DNA of 64,000 bases from Armatimonadota bacterium (GTDB lineage Bacteria; Armatimonadota; SYMT01): positions 96,001-160,000 of the forward strand of contig JAWLHY010000017.1 of assembly GCA_041690135.1 (NCBI GenBank), written 5' to 3'. Positions 31,946 through 41,736 of the stretch are shown in pieces (within the stretch, counting starts at the first letter, position 1; every line of letters begins with the position of its first letter). The notes beneath the pieces are model-generated. The model searched no databases. It was given only the letters and a program-made list of their open reading frames with translations, and had not been told where the DNA came from. The translations under genes and the position numbers were made by a program.

Positions 31946-34279
31946 CTATCGACTTTCTTGCCGGAAGCGAACCCGCCAGATGACCGTCTGGTTTACCGGT
32001 GAAGAAACTCGAACGCGCACGTCGGGCCCGGTGTCCGCCAGGTAGATGATAGCGCGGGCGTTGCGGTCGGTTCCGATGACCTCGGCCGCAGTCGCCCGCC
32101 ACGTTCTTCCGGGGGGCGTGGCGATCCGGATTTCGTAGGGGTCCGCGCCCACCACCCCGCTTTCGCCGGTGAGCACGTTCTCGTTCGGCACCCACTTTTC
32201 GGCGACAAGGTCCACGAGGCCCTGTGAGATGTGGCGCGACGTGCTGATGACCTGCGGATGGGAGCTTGCCGGCCGCAGCGAGATCACCCGGCAGGCGCCG
32301 GCGGGGATCTGGGTCTCGAGGCGGCCGCGGAAGGTCCGCAGGAACCGGTTGGTCCAGTACTCGAATCCGACATACGCGTCTGTGCCGTGGTCGGGCAGGC
32401 GCAGCCCACGCAGGTCGACCCCGGTTCTCGCGGCGGTAGCATCACTCCAGTTGAACAAACCGACAAGGTCTCTCCGACTAGGGCCGTGTCCCGCGGTGAG
32501 CTGCCAGATTTGCGGACGGTCTCGTTCGAAGAGATCGATGGGCCGTCCCGTATGTCCGGTATTCGGCATGGATCGTCGGATGAGGTCGAGGCGCTGCTCG
32601 GGTAAGCCTGGCAGCCACTCACTGACGATGTTGCTTTGCCCGCTCAACGCGATCCAGGAAGCCCAGGAGCGAGCCTGATCGAGGGTGAGCGGTCGCCGGA
32701 CCAGAAGGCAGTCGGGATCGTTGTGCCAGACCCGGTTGTGGAAAAAGTAGAGCCGTGTCGCCGCCTCCATCGACTCTTGGATCTGGCTCCAGTTCGCATC
32801 GATGTCCGGGCCGATCCGCATCCCGTCGACTCGGCCGAAAGACGCCCCCAGCGTGCGGGGGTTCTGCGCGACCGTGCAGCCGAGAAGGTACACACCGGGA
32901 CCAGCGGCGCTACGTATCAGCTTGAGACCCGACCGATAGGCTTCGATACTGGTCTTGGATGCGTCGTGGAATGTCGCTTCGCCGAGCCGGTCCTCCCGGT
33001 AGGAGGGGAAGGGATAAAGCGACTCCGCGGCCATGCCCGCCCAGAGCCCGTCCAGTTTGAGATATCGGAAGCCCCAATCGCGGGTGATGCGGGTCACGGT
33101 GTCGCGCAGGAAGGCACGGGCGTCCGGATGGGTCAGATCGAGGCAGGTCCCGGCCCACTTGACCCGGTAGGGTGAGCCGTCCTTCCGGCGTACGAACCAG
33201 TCCTGATGGTCCCGGAACTGTGGGCGCCCGGCATCCCAGCCGAATGGAATGAGCCACAACCCAGGCCTTAACCCCAGCGAACGGACCAGCGACGCGGTGG
33301 GACGCATGCCGCGCGGAAAAGGCCCCTGGGGATGATGAGTGGTGTAGTCACGGCCCTGGACCTGCCACCCATCGTCCACCTGCACCACCTCGAACCCGAA
33401 ACGGGCCAGATGCCGGTGGGCGAAGCGGGCCAGTTCATCCACGCGTCGCTGGTCCGCGGCGCCGCCGTGCGGGCGGGAATACCAGCTACAGTAGCCGCTG
33501 GGGAGGGGCGGTAGGGCTATTCGGTAGTAACGGGCTATCGTGGACGCGTACCGTTCCAGGCCTGAGTGGCAGTCGTCGAAATGGCCGATGGCAAACCACT
33601 CGCCGTCAGTCCGTTGTCCGGATCGGAGGCGAAGATTTCCATAATCGCTTTGCGCATCCAGACGGATGCGGCCGCCGGATACGCTCGACCGTACGATCCC
33701 ACTGGCGCGGTCATGGGAAAGCCAACCGGCCACGATCCCGGTACGGGTGCGGGGTTCCGCGGCGGCCAGGAAGGTGTAACTGGCGCGAGGGCGATCCCAC
33801 CCGGTGAGACCGTCATACCCCAACACGCGCAGTGCGGAAGGGGCGCCCGATAGCCCTAACGAAATGCTCGCCAGGCTGATCCGGTCGTACGCCAGCGCTC
33901 GGGAACTCCGGTTGACCAGGCGGGACTGGACGCACAAGAAGGGGACACCGGGAAAGAGCGCCAGCCGGTCGTGGCTTCCGTCGGGGTAACCGACTTCCAG
34001 GGCCTGTCCGCGACCCAGCGGGCTTTCGACAGCGGTCAGCCGGGCGGCCCCTCCCGGCTTCCGAAGGCGACCGGTGCGGATGAAGGGTACTTTTCCGGCC
34101 GTGGCAGAGAAGGTCTCGGACTTCGCATCCCATTGGACGCGAATCCAACCGTTAGTCAGCTCCCATCGCTCTTGCCGGCTTGCGCTGGGAGCGGGAACGG
34201 CGCCTGCCGCACTCCCCACCACGGCAGAAAGACCGGCCACGAGGAGGGGAAGGCCTGCCCGGCAGAGGAAATGAGGCAT
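31946..34279 (-). CDS. Secreted alpha-galactosidase-like glycoside hydrolase (GH36/GH27 clan GH-D)
   Basis: GYCSWY, QVDDGWQ, PGLW, LDLTHP, YLKLD nucleophile, MRIGPD, NDPDC motifs. Confidence 0.85.
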   Translation of the reverse strand: MPHFLCRAGLPLLVAGLSAVVGSAAGAVPAPSASRQERWELTNGWIRVQWDAKSETFSATAGKVPFIRTGRLRKPGGAARLTAVESPLGRGQALEVGYPDGSHDRLALFPGVPFLCVQSRLVNRSSRALAYDRISLASISLGLSGAPSALRVLGYDGLTGWDRPRASYTFLAAAEPRTRTGIVAGWLSHDRASGIVRSSVSGGRIRLDAQSDYGNLRLRSGQRTDGEWFAIGHFDDCHSGLERYASTIARYYRIALPPLPSGYCSWYSRPHGGAADQRRVDELARFAHRHLARFGFEVVQVDDGWQVQGRDYTTHHPQGPFPRGMRPTASLVRSLGLRPGLWLIPFGWDAGRPQFRDHQDWFVRRKDGSPYRVKWAGTCLDLTHPDARAFLRDTVTRITRDWGFRYLKLDGLWAGMAAESLYPFPSYREDRLGEATFHDASKTSIEAYRSGLKLIRSAAGPGVYLLGCTVAQNPRTLGASFGRVDGMRIGPDIDANWSQIQESMEAATRLYFFHNRVWHNDPDCLLVRRPLTLDQARSWASWIALSGQSNIVSEWLPGLPEQRLDLIRRSMPNTGHTGRPIDLFERDRPQIWQLTAGHGPSRRDLVGLFNWSDATAARTGVDLRGLRLPDHGTDAYVGFEYWTNRFLRTFRGRLETQIPAGACRVISLRPASSHPQVISTSRHISQGLVDLVAEKWVPNENVLTGESGVVGADPYEIRIATPPGRTWRATAAEVIGTDRNARAIIYLADTGPDVRVRVSSPVNQTVIWRVRFRQESR

Positions 34280-34328
34280 CCTTGGGACCTGTTACTCCCC
34301 GGTGCCGGACAGGTGAACTCGCACCAGA

Positions 34329-35297
34329 TTACTTGAGGCCGTAGAACCGGACGGCGTTGTCATGGAAGAGCTTACGCTGGTTCTCAGCCGACTCACTGCG
34401 GACGATCCGTTGCAGGGACTCCACCCATTCCCGGTAGGATGCGGCCAGGAGACAAACGGGCCAGTCGCTGGCGAACATCACGCGGTCGGGACCAAACGCG
34501 CGCAGGGTGTGCAGCACGATCGGTTCCAGGGCGCGGGCTTTATCCTGTTCCGGCTTGCAGGTCGCGACAATTCCGGAGACCTTGCAGATGACATTCGGGC
34601 GCTTGCCGAATTCGACCATATCGCGGGCCCACTGGCTGCGGGCTTCCTGGTCGTGCTGGGCATTCCCGTTGCCACAGTGGTCCAGTACGAAGCGGGTATC
34701 GGGGCACGCATCCACCAGTTTCATTCCATCCGTCAGGTCCGCTGGCCGCATGCAAAGGTCGAAGCTGAGCCCCATCTTTCCGAGCAGGCGAATGCTCTTG
34801 ATGAAATCCGGCTGGGTGCAGAACCCCCGGGGACAACTCGGGACGTGCAGGACCTGGCGTACTCCCTTGATGTAAGGGTTACCCTCGAAGCGCCGGATGT
34901 ACTTCTCAAACCCGGGGGAAGCGGGTCGTCCGGAGATCACGCCGGCCACCATCGGCGTTTTCCCGCTCTTGCTCGTTTCGATGACGTATTCCGCCTCCTC
35001 GACCTGCTGCTTCGGATCCACGTCGACTTCCATGTACACGGCCTTGACGACGTTCAGGCCCCTGGAAGCTTCGAGATAGTCCTCCATCGTGAAACTGCGG
35101 TTCAGTTTGGGTGCGTCATTGAGCCAGGGCGGCTGGAACTTGCGGAAATCCCACAGGTGTTGGTGGGTATCGATGATCGGGATGGGGGCGGACTTCCTCG
35201 CCTGGGCTTCCCCGGGGGAGGCGTCGAGGGCGCCCAGTACCGCAGCGCTAGCCGCGGTCCGCGCCAGGAACTGCCGGCGAGTGGATGAAGTGGACAT
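34329..35297 (-). CDS. Amidohydrolase_2 family protein (sugar lactonase-like), Tat signal
   Basis: TRRQFL; IDTHQHLW, GVRQVL, VLDHCG, CKVSG, FGPDRVMFASDWPVC, NAVRFY. Confidence 0.88.
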   Translation of the reverse strand: MSTSSTRRQFLARTAASAAVLGALDASPGEAQARKSAPIPIIDTHQHLWDFRKFQPPWLNDAPKLNRSFTMEDYLEASRGLNVVKAVYMEVDVDPKQQVEEAEYVIETSKSGKTPMVAGVISGRPASPGFEKYIRRFEGNPYIKGVRQVLHVPSCPRGFCTQPDFIKSIRLLGKMGLSFDLCMRPADLTDGMKLVDACPDTRFVLDHCGNGNAQHDQEARSQWARDMVEFGKRPNVICKVSGIVATCKPEQDKARALEPIVLHTLRAFGPDRVMFASDWPVCLLAASYREWVESLQRIVRSESAENQRKLFHDNAVRFYGLK

Positions 35298-35393
35298 GAT
35301 GGGATCTCCAAGGCAGTCAGGTTGGTGGGAGTCCAACCGCCAGGCTTATTGGTGACGACTCGCCCGTTCTCCTCTTATCTTCGGGCGGGTGTC

Positions 35394-36404
35394 TCAGCGA
35401 TCCCCAGGGCGCTCGCTGATCTCGGAGACGAGGTAGAGTGGGCGGCCTTTCACCTCCTCGTAGATGCGTCCGATGTACTCACCCAGGATTCCCAGGCACA
35501 TGAGCTGGACGCCGCCAAGGAAGGATAGGACGACGGTTAGCGAAGTCCATCCGGCCACGGTTGCCCCCCGGAAATGCTGGATCACCGCATAGGCCACTAC
35601 GAGGAAGGAGAGGAGCGACACGATCGCTCCGAACCAGGTCGCCAGTCGCAAGGGGAGAGTGGAGAACGAAGCCAGGCCATCCAGGGCGAAGCGGAGCATC
35701 TTCCGCAGTGGATACTTGGTGCTCCCGGCAAACCGCCCCGCACGTTCGTAGGGCACTCCCACCCGCCGGAACCCGACCCAGGTCACCATGGCCCGCAGCA
35801 TCCGGTGACGCTCGCGCATCCGGCAGAGGGAGTCCACCACGGAGCGGCTGATCAGGCGAAAGTCGCCGGCATCCAACGGCATTTCGATGTCCGTGGCCCA
35901 CCGGAAGAGCCGGTAGAACATGCTGGCCGTGAGCAGCTTGAAGGCGGTTTCCTTTTCCCGCTTGATGCGCACTCCGTAGACGACGTCGTAGCCCTGCTTG
36001 AACCGCTCGTACATCTCCGGGATCACTTCCGGCGGGTCCTGGAGATCGGCATCGATGATCACCACGGCGTCACCGCGGGAGTGGTCAAGACCCGCCGTAA
36101 CTGCGAGTTGATGTCCGAAATTGCGCGATAAATTGAGAACTACGAAGCGGGGGTCCTGCGCATGGATCTCGCGCATCTTCTCCAGCGATCCGTCCCGGCT
36201 CCCATCGTTGACGAGAATCACCTCGAAATTCGGGTCGATGGTCTCGAGAACACCTCGCAGCCTATCCGCGAGCGCGGGTAGGCACTCTTTCTCGTTGTAG
36301 ACCGGAACCACCACCGTCAGGGCCACTCCCAACCCGGGCGCCTGGGCTCTTCCGGTCGTGGAGAGGGGCGTGGAGCCGAGGTTGGAAAGGGTTTGCGTTT
36401 CCAT
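35394..36404 (-). CDS. GT2 family polyprenol-phosphate glycosyltransferase (GtrB/ArnC-like)
   Basis: VVPVYNE, VNDGSRD, LSRNFGHQ, DADLQDPPE, GDFRL, two C-terminal TM helices, GEYIGRIYEEVKGRP. Confidence 0.92.
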   Translation of the reverse strand: METQTLSNLGSTPLSTTGRAQAPGLGVALTVVVPVYNEKECLPALADRLRGVLETIDPNFEVILVNDGSRDGSLEKMREIHAQDPRFVVLNLSRNFGHQLAVTAGLDHSRGDAVVIIDADLQDPPEVIPEMYERFKQGYDVVYGVRIKREKETAFKLLTASMFYRLFRWATDIEMPLDAGDFRLISRSVVDSLCRMRERHRMLRAMVTWVGFRRVGVPYERAGRFAGSTKYPLRKMLRFALDGLASFSTLPLRLATWFGAIVSLLSFLVVAYAVIQHFRGATVAGWTSLTVVLSFLGGVQLMCLGILGEYIGRIYEEVKGRPLYLVSEISERPGDR

Positions 36405-36431
36405 AATTGCACCTGCTGCGAGGAGCCGCGC

Positions 36432-37964
36432 TCAGTTCACGTTCACGGATAGGGGTCGGGTCGGATCACGAGCCCACCACTCCACGATCACCCCGCGGGG
36501 TGTTTCCGTACCGGTCTTGCGGTAGCCCGCCTGTGTTAATCTCTGTCCAAGTGCATCGAAGCCGACGCGCCCACTTTCTTTCCCCAGGACACAAAGACGC
36601 GGTTTGCCGACCAGGGCGTCTACCGTGGTGAGGGGCTTCGCCACTACCTGCGATTCCAGCGTGGGGCTGGTTTCCGGATCCAGGGCGAACACGGCCACCG
36701 GGGCCGGCGACTTGCGGTAGTACTCGTAGCAGGCCAGGTCTCCCCAGGTTCGGGCCAGCAGCACGCCCTCCGGTTGTTCGGCGGCAACGCGCAGGCACGC
36801 AGTTCGATAGTCGGGATTCGGACGGGCATTAGCCAAGGAGAGAACCGCTGTGCCGGAGACCATCACTCCGAACAAGGCCAGAACGGCCAGCCGGCCCGGA
36901 AGGGGGTTGACGCTACTGCGCGTCGCGGCTCCGGCGAGTAACAGATAGGTTGCGGGCGCGATCAGGATGATGTAGTTGTCGCGAATTCCCCAGTGGAGCA
37001 CCAGTCCGGCTCCGCGCATCATGAGGAAGAGCCCGGCCGCGAGCAACAGGGGGAAAATCCAGGCTCGTCGCGTCTCGGGACTTCTGGCCACCGTGAAAAG
37101 CGCCAGTCCGGTCGCCAGGGCAAACCCTCCGTAGCCCGCGATGCGGAGGATCCCTTCCGGGTATCCGCCGTTGCCCAGCAGCAGGAGCGAGCGAACCACC
37201 TCGGCCACCAGCGACATGTTCCCGTCCGAGGCGAAGGTGACGGCGCCGGAGTAAGCCTGCGTGCGCTGAATCACCATGAGCCACGCGAGGGGGACCATCC
37301 CCAGCATGATCGCGGCGGTGGGCGCCGCGGCCTTCCACAGGTTTCGCCTTCCCCGTAGGATGACGGCAAGGACGGCGACAGGCAGCATGAACACCCCGAA
37401 GTAGTGGGAATACATGCCGGCCAGCGTGAGTACCGTTCCCAGCACTCCCCGTCGCCAGGAAGGTTCGGCGGCGTGTTCCCAAAGGCACCAGGCGCCTCCG
37501 AGCATTACGGCTACCAGCAGAGCGTACGAGCGGCCCTCTTGGGAGTGGTACACCATCAATGGCGAGATGGCGACGAACGCCGCGGCGACCAGGCCACCAT
37601 CCTTACCCCAGAGCCGCGTACCGATATGTCCGACCAGGGGGATGAGGGCCAGTCCGGCAAGAAGGGGGGGCAGACGCAGCGCCAGCTCGGTTCCGCCGAA
37701 GAGTCCGACCGAGGCGCCCTCAATGGCGAAGAAGAGGGGCGGGTGCCGTTCGAACCGGAGCGAAGCGAAAAGATGATCCAGGCCCTGCGCGGCCATGTAG
37801 TAGGTGAACGCCTCATCATCCCACAGCGGTCGTGCCGTGAGTCCGTAGATCCGGGCGAGGACACCGGTCGCAATTAGCACAATAGCGAGAACGCGGACGG
37901 CAGCGCCGAAGCGGTCGGAGCCGCCGGCGACCTCTGCCTTGGGGAACGCTGAGGATGGGTTCAT
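36432..37964 (-). CDS. GT-C membrane glycosyltransferase (family 39/83, PMT/ArnT-like)
   Basis: LWDDEA, HPPLF, LRLP, YHSQEGRSYA, YSHYFG motifs; multiple TM segments. Confidence 0.85.
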   Translation of the reverse strand: MNPSSAFPKAEVAGGSDRFGAAVRVLAIVLIATGVLARIYGLTARPLWDDEAFTYYMAAQGLDHLFASLRFERHPPLFFAIEGASVGLFGGTELALRLPPLLAGLALIPLVGHIGTRLWGKDGGLVAAAFVAISPLMVYHSQEGRSYALLVAVMLGGAWCLWEHAAEPSWRRGVLGTVLTLAGMYSHYFGVFMLPVAVLAVILRGRRNLWKAAAPTAAIMLGMVPLAWLMVIQRTQAYSGAVTFASDGNMSLVAEVVRSLLLLGNGGYPEGILRIAGYGGFALATGLALFTVARSPETRRAWIFPLLLAAGLFLMMRGAGLVLHWGIRDNYIILIAPATYLLLAGAATRSSVNPLPGRLAVLALFGVMVSGTAVLSLANARPNPDYRTACLRVAAEQPEGVLLARTWGDLACYEYYRKSPAPVAVFALDPETSPTLESQVVAKPLTTVDALVGKPRLCVLGKESGRVGFDALGQRLTQAGYRKTGTETPRGVIVEWWARDPTRPLSVNVN

Positions 37965-37974
37965 CACATAACTG

Positions 37975-39471
37975 TTATCGGCGCCTGAAGAGCGAGACTT
38001 CGGCCCGGAACTCGACATCTTCATCGAGCGGGAAAACCGGGCGCCGGCACCGCGTATGGCCCAGGCTGCGCAGATTGGCGCTGGTCGATCCGGGGGCGTC
38101 CACGTGGATCATCCTTGCAGCCCACGCGGCGAACATGTGCTCCTCGCAGTGGGGGGATTTCACCACCACCAGATCGAACCGGCGAGGGTCCTGGCCGTGG
38201 GCGTAGAACAGGGAGCGATCGTAGAGGCTTACCGGTCGGCTCGTCACCACCAGCGTGTGGTTGCCGGCCTCGAGCACGGCGGTTTCGCCCGCATACCAGT
38301 CTTCACCGGTGTTCTCGCTCTTGAATCGGCCGTCCGAAAGCAGTCGTACCCTCGCCTGAACCGGCAGGGGAATGTGACGGGACGAATCCAGCGCGCCGCC
38401 GACCGTGATGGATAGAGGAGCTCCCACGCCGGCGGCGAAAGCGGCGCGGACCGCGGGGGGATCGACGATGGGAACCAGCGCGCGGCCGTGGTAACCTCCT
38501 GCGAGCAGAGCGCGGAGGATGGCGTTGCTGTCTCCCGATGCCCCAGAGCTCGTGGCATCGGCGGCATCGACCAGTATCACGGTTCCCTGGGAAACCTCTC
38601 GGGCCTGACGCACACTCTCGGTGAGACTGGTCAGTGGGACTTGCATGGCCGCGTGATGCTCCCAAAACAGGCGGGCCAGCCGGAGTGCCTCCTGGGCCGC
38701 CAGATCCTGGTCATCGTCCATCACGACCAGGCTGTTGGATCCCAGTTCGGGAACGTCGGTGAAGGGGTTGCCCCAGAACATGCCGGCGGAGAGGCCCGCC
38801 CCGCTCTGCTCAATTTGCTTCGCCGCCTCGATCACGTGCCGGATGCGTCCGGTTTCGGTAATCAACTCGTCGCCGCGCACCAGGGCCGGGACCCGCACCA
38901 CGGCCGTTACGGGCCGCACCTCGCCGTCCAGGATGCGCAGCAGCAGGCGGGCCGCCCGCGCTCCCGTGCTGAAGAAATCGACGTGGGGATAGGTGTGGTA
39001 GACGACGACCGCGTCGGCGTGCAGGAGCATCCGGTCGGTGAGGATGCCGTGGAGGTCGAGCGAGACCACGATAGGAATACTCTCTCCCAGCAGTTTTCGC
39101 ACCTCTTCGAGGAGATAGCCTTCCGGGTCGACTTCGTTCTCCGCGGCCATGGCCCCGTGGAGCGAGAAGTAGCAGGCATCCACCTCGGGGGCCTCGGCGA
39201 TCGCCTGCAGGAACTCCGCCGCCAACCGGTCGAAGTCCGGGCCCGCGAGCGTCCCGCCGGAGGTGATCGCCTGCGCCCGGTAGGTGGGAATCAACTCCAG
39301 ATCGGACCGGGAATCGAAGACGCTAAGCGCGCCCGCGATCTCGCTCCGAACGGTGCCGTGATGGCGCAGGACTTCCTCGCCGGTCGCGATCTTGAAGTCC
39401 GCATATCGGCTGAGGACGGGATTGAAGGAGGAGACCTCTTGTTTGCACTCAGCGATCAAAATCTTCTTCAT
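37975..39471 (-). CDS. M81 family metallopeptidase (MlrC-like)
   Basis: QEVSSF, LHGAM, DPEG, LDLHG, YHTYPHVD, LVVVKS, DAPG motifs. Confidence 0.9.
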   Translation of the reverse strand: MKKILIAECKQEVSSFNPVLSRYADFKIATGEEVLRHHGTVRSEIAGALSVFDSRSDLELIPTYRAQAITSGGTLAGPDFDRLAAEFLQAIAEAPEVDACYFSLHGAMAAENEVDPEGYLLEEVRKLLGESIPIVVSLDLHGILTDRMLLHADAVVVYHTYPHVDFFSTGARAARLLLRILDGEVRPVTAVVRVPALVRGDELITETGRIRHVIEAAKQIEQSGAGLSAGMFWGNPFTDVPELGSNSLVVMDDDQDLAAQEALRLARLFWEHHAAMQVPLTSLTESVRQAREVSQGTVILVDAADATSSGASGDSNAILRALLAGGYHGRALVPIVDPPAVRAAFAAGVGAPLSITVGGALDSSRHIPLPVQARVRLLSDGRFKSENTGEDWYAGETAVLEAGNHTLVVTSRPVSLYDRSLFYAHGQDPRRFDLVVVKSPHCEEHMFAAWAARMIHVDAPGSTSANLRSLGHTRCRRPVFPLDEDVEFRAEVSLFRRR

Positions 39472-39648
39472 CTGATAGCTCCGCCCTGGTCTGCAGTCGC
39501 CTGGTATGGGGTTCTGCGAATGGGACACGCCCGCCTCATCCGGGTTACGCCCGGCATCTCCCCAGGCGGTCGAAAGCAGTCCGAAATCGGAAGAGGACAC
39601 GGTGGCGGCTGAAGGCAACGTACTCGAAAGTACGGAAGGGAGGCGGTA

Positions 39649-40650
39649 GTGAGCGCTGGGGTTCAGGTGGGACAGGGAGAGCATGTTCTAACAGCGTCGG
39701 ACACATGGGCCCGGCTGCCGGAAGGCTGGTCTTTCATCGAAGTCACCGGGGTGGCTACGGACTCACAAGATCGCGTATACGTCTTCAACCGTGGGGAACA
39801 CCCGGTGATCGTCTTCGGGCCGGACGGCACCTTTCTCCGTGCCTGGGGCGAGGGCATGTTCGTGCGACCGCACGGGATCATGATCGGCCCGGACGATGCC
39901 GTGTACTGTACGGACGACGGGGGGCACACGGTCCGGAAGTTCACTCCGGAAGGGGATCTCCTCCAGACGTTGGGCACGCCGGGCAAGCCGTCCGATACCG
40001 GCGCCACCAGTGTGGACTTTCGCGGGATCCGGCAAGCCGGCCCGCCCTTCCACTACCCCTGCAACACCGCACTGGCTCCCAACGGCGATCTCTACGTGGC
40101 GGACGGGTACGGTAACGCACGAATCCACCGGTTTTCGCCGGCAGGGGATCTACTGGCTTCCTGGGGCGAGCCTGGCGCCGGTCCGGGTCAGTTTCGGATC
40201 CCGCACGGTATCGCGACCGACAGGGACGGAAGGGTGTTCGTGGCGGACCGCGAGAACAGCCGGGTTCAGGTCTTTGATCCGGAAGGGGTCTTCCTGGAGG
40301 CCTGGACCGACGTTGCGAGGCCATGCCAGGTGTGCGTCGATGGCCGAGGCCTGGTTTACGTGGCCGAACTGGGTTATCGCGCGGGAATGTGGCCGGGAAC
40401 GGAGGCGCCGTCACCGGACGCGACCGGCGGTCGGATCAGCATCTACGACGGGTCGGGCCGCCTCCTCGCGCGCTGGGGTGGGGGAGCGGATCCGATGCGC
40501 TGCGGCGACTTCTTCGCCCCGCACGACGTGTGCGTCGATTCCACCGGCAGCATTTACGTGGGGGAAGTCACGCAGAGCGCCGGAGGGCGACGCGGCCTGG
40601 TGTACCCGAGTTGCCCTTCTCTGCAGAAGTTTACGAGGGTTCAGCCATGA
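39649..40650 (+). CDS. NHL-repeat beta-propeller (peptidyl-alpha-hydroxyglycine alpha-amidating lyase-like)
   Basis: VYVFNRGEHPV, RPHG, YVADGYGNARIH, FRIPHGI, VADRENSRVQ, APHD. Confidence 0.88.
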   Translation: MSAGVQVGQGEHVLTASDTWARLPEGWSFIEVTGVATDSQDRVYVFNRGEHPVIVFGPDGTFLRAWGEGMFVRPHGIMIGPDDAVYCTDDGGHTVRKFTPEGDLLQTLGTPGKPSDTGATSVDFRGIRQAGPPFHYPCNTALAPNGDLYVADGYGNARIHRFSPAGDLLASWGEPGAGPGQFRIPHGIATDRDGRVFVADRENSRVQVFDPEGVFLEAWTDVARPCQVCVDGRGLVYVAELGYRAGMWPGTEAPSPDATGGRISIYDGSGRLLARWGGGADPMRCGDFFAPHDVCVDSTGSIYVGEVTQSAGGRRGLVYPSCPSLQKFTRVQP

Positions 40651-41732
40651 AAGCCTGGCGGTTCTATGCCTTTGGCGACCTCCGGCTGGACGAGGTTGCC
40701 GAGCCGGAACTCCATCCTGGTCACGTGCTAGTGCGGCCGCTGGTCGTGCAGCCCAGCGTTACGGAGGCCCAGCTCGCCTACGGCATTCCCACGCTGGCTC
40801 ACGAGCAAATCCGCCGGCGACTGGAGGCCGAGGCACCGGTCCAACTGTTCGGGCACGAGTTCTGTGCGCGTGTGGTCGCGGTCGGCCCAGGAGTGGAAGG
40901 ATATGCACCCGGCGATCGCGTGGCGGCGCGCGCAAAATTGCCGTGTGGGAACTGCCCCCTTTGCCGGTCGGAACGGAGTAACGAATGCCGGAGAGGCCCG
41001 ATCATCGGCTTTCAACTCCCCGGCTGCTTTGCGGAACTGGCCCTGATCCCGGAGACGGCGCTGGTTCGGGTCGATGACCGGATTTCGGACAGTGAGGGCG
41101 CCTGTCTTCAGTCGTTGAGCGATAGCGTGGCCGCGGTGGAGACAGCGGATCTCCGGCTGGGCGACACGGTGGTGATCTTCGGCCAGGGCAGCATGGGCCT
41201 GGAATGCATGCAGGCGGCCCGGGTGGCCGGAGCCGGACAGGTCATCACCGTGGACGTGCGAGAGGAGGCCTGCGCGGTCTCGCGTAGCCTCGGCGCCGAT
41301 GTAGCCCTGAACGCCCGCGAGGGTGACCCTGTATCCGCCATTCTGGATCTGACCCGCGGCATTGGGGCGGATGTCGTCTTCGAGTGTGCCGGCGGCAGTC
41401 CCAGGCAGGGATTGGCGGGCACCAGGACCCTAAGCCAGGCGGTGGACGCGGTGCGGCCCGGGGGGAAGATCGTCGGAGTCTCGTGGTTCGGCAGCCCCCT
41501 GGAGTTGGACGTGGACCTTCTGCGCGAACGCAGCCTCCGCTACCTCTTTCCGGACATCAGCACGCGCGCTCACCTGGAACTCACCGTACGCCTGGTGGCC
41601 AGCGGACGGGTAAATGTCCGACCCATGATCACCCATATTTTGAACGGGTTGAAAGCGGTGCCCCAGGCGTTCGAGATCACCGCGAACAAAGGAAGATATG
41701 GAGCCCTGAACCCTGCACAGGTAGTACTCTGA
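40647..41732 (+). CDS. Zinc-binding medium-chain dehydrogenase family protein
   Basis: GHEF, structural Zn CGNCPLC...C, GQGSMG Rossmann motif; ATGA overlap with upstream gene. Confidence 0.85.
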   Translation: MKAWRFYAFGDLRLDEVAEPELHPGHVLVRPLVVQPSVTEAQLAYGIPTLAHEQIRRRLEAEAPVQLFGHEFCARVVAVGPGVEGYAPGDRVAARAKLPCGNCPLCRSERSNECRRGPIIGFQLPGCFAELALIPETALVRVDDRISDSEGACLQSLSDSVAAVETADLRLGDTVVIFGQGSMGLECMQAARVAGAGQVITVDVREEACAVSRSLGADVALNAREGDPVSAILDLTRGIGADVVFECAGGSPRQGLAGTRTLSQAVDAVRPGGKIVGVSWFGSPLELDVDLLRERSLRYLFPDISTRAHLELTVRLVASGRVNVRPMITHILNGLKAVPQAFEITANKGRYGALNPAQVVL

Positions 41733-41736
41733 AAGG

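Noticed and set aside
37975-39471. Microcystin degradation locus
   Set aside because: Only an MlrC-family homologue is present; mlrA, mlrB and mlrD are absent from the window
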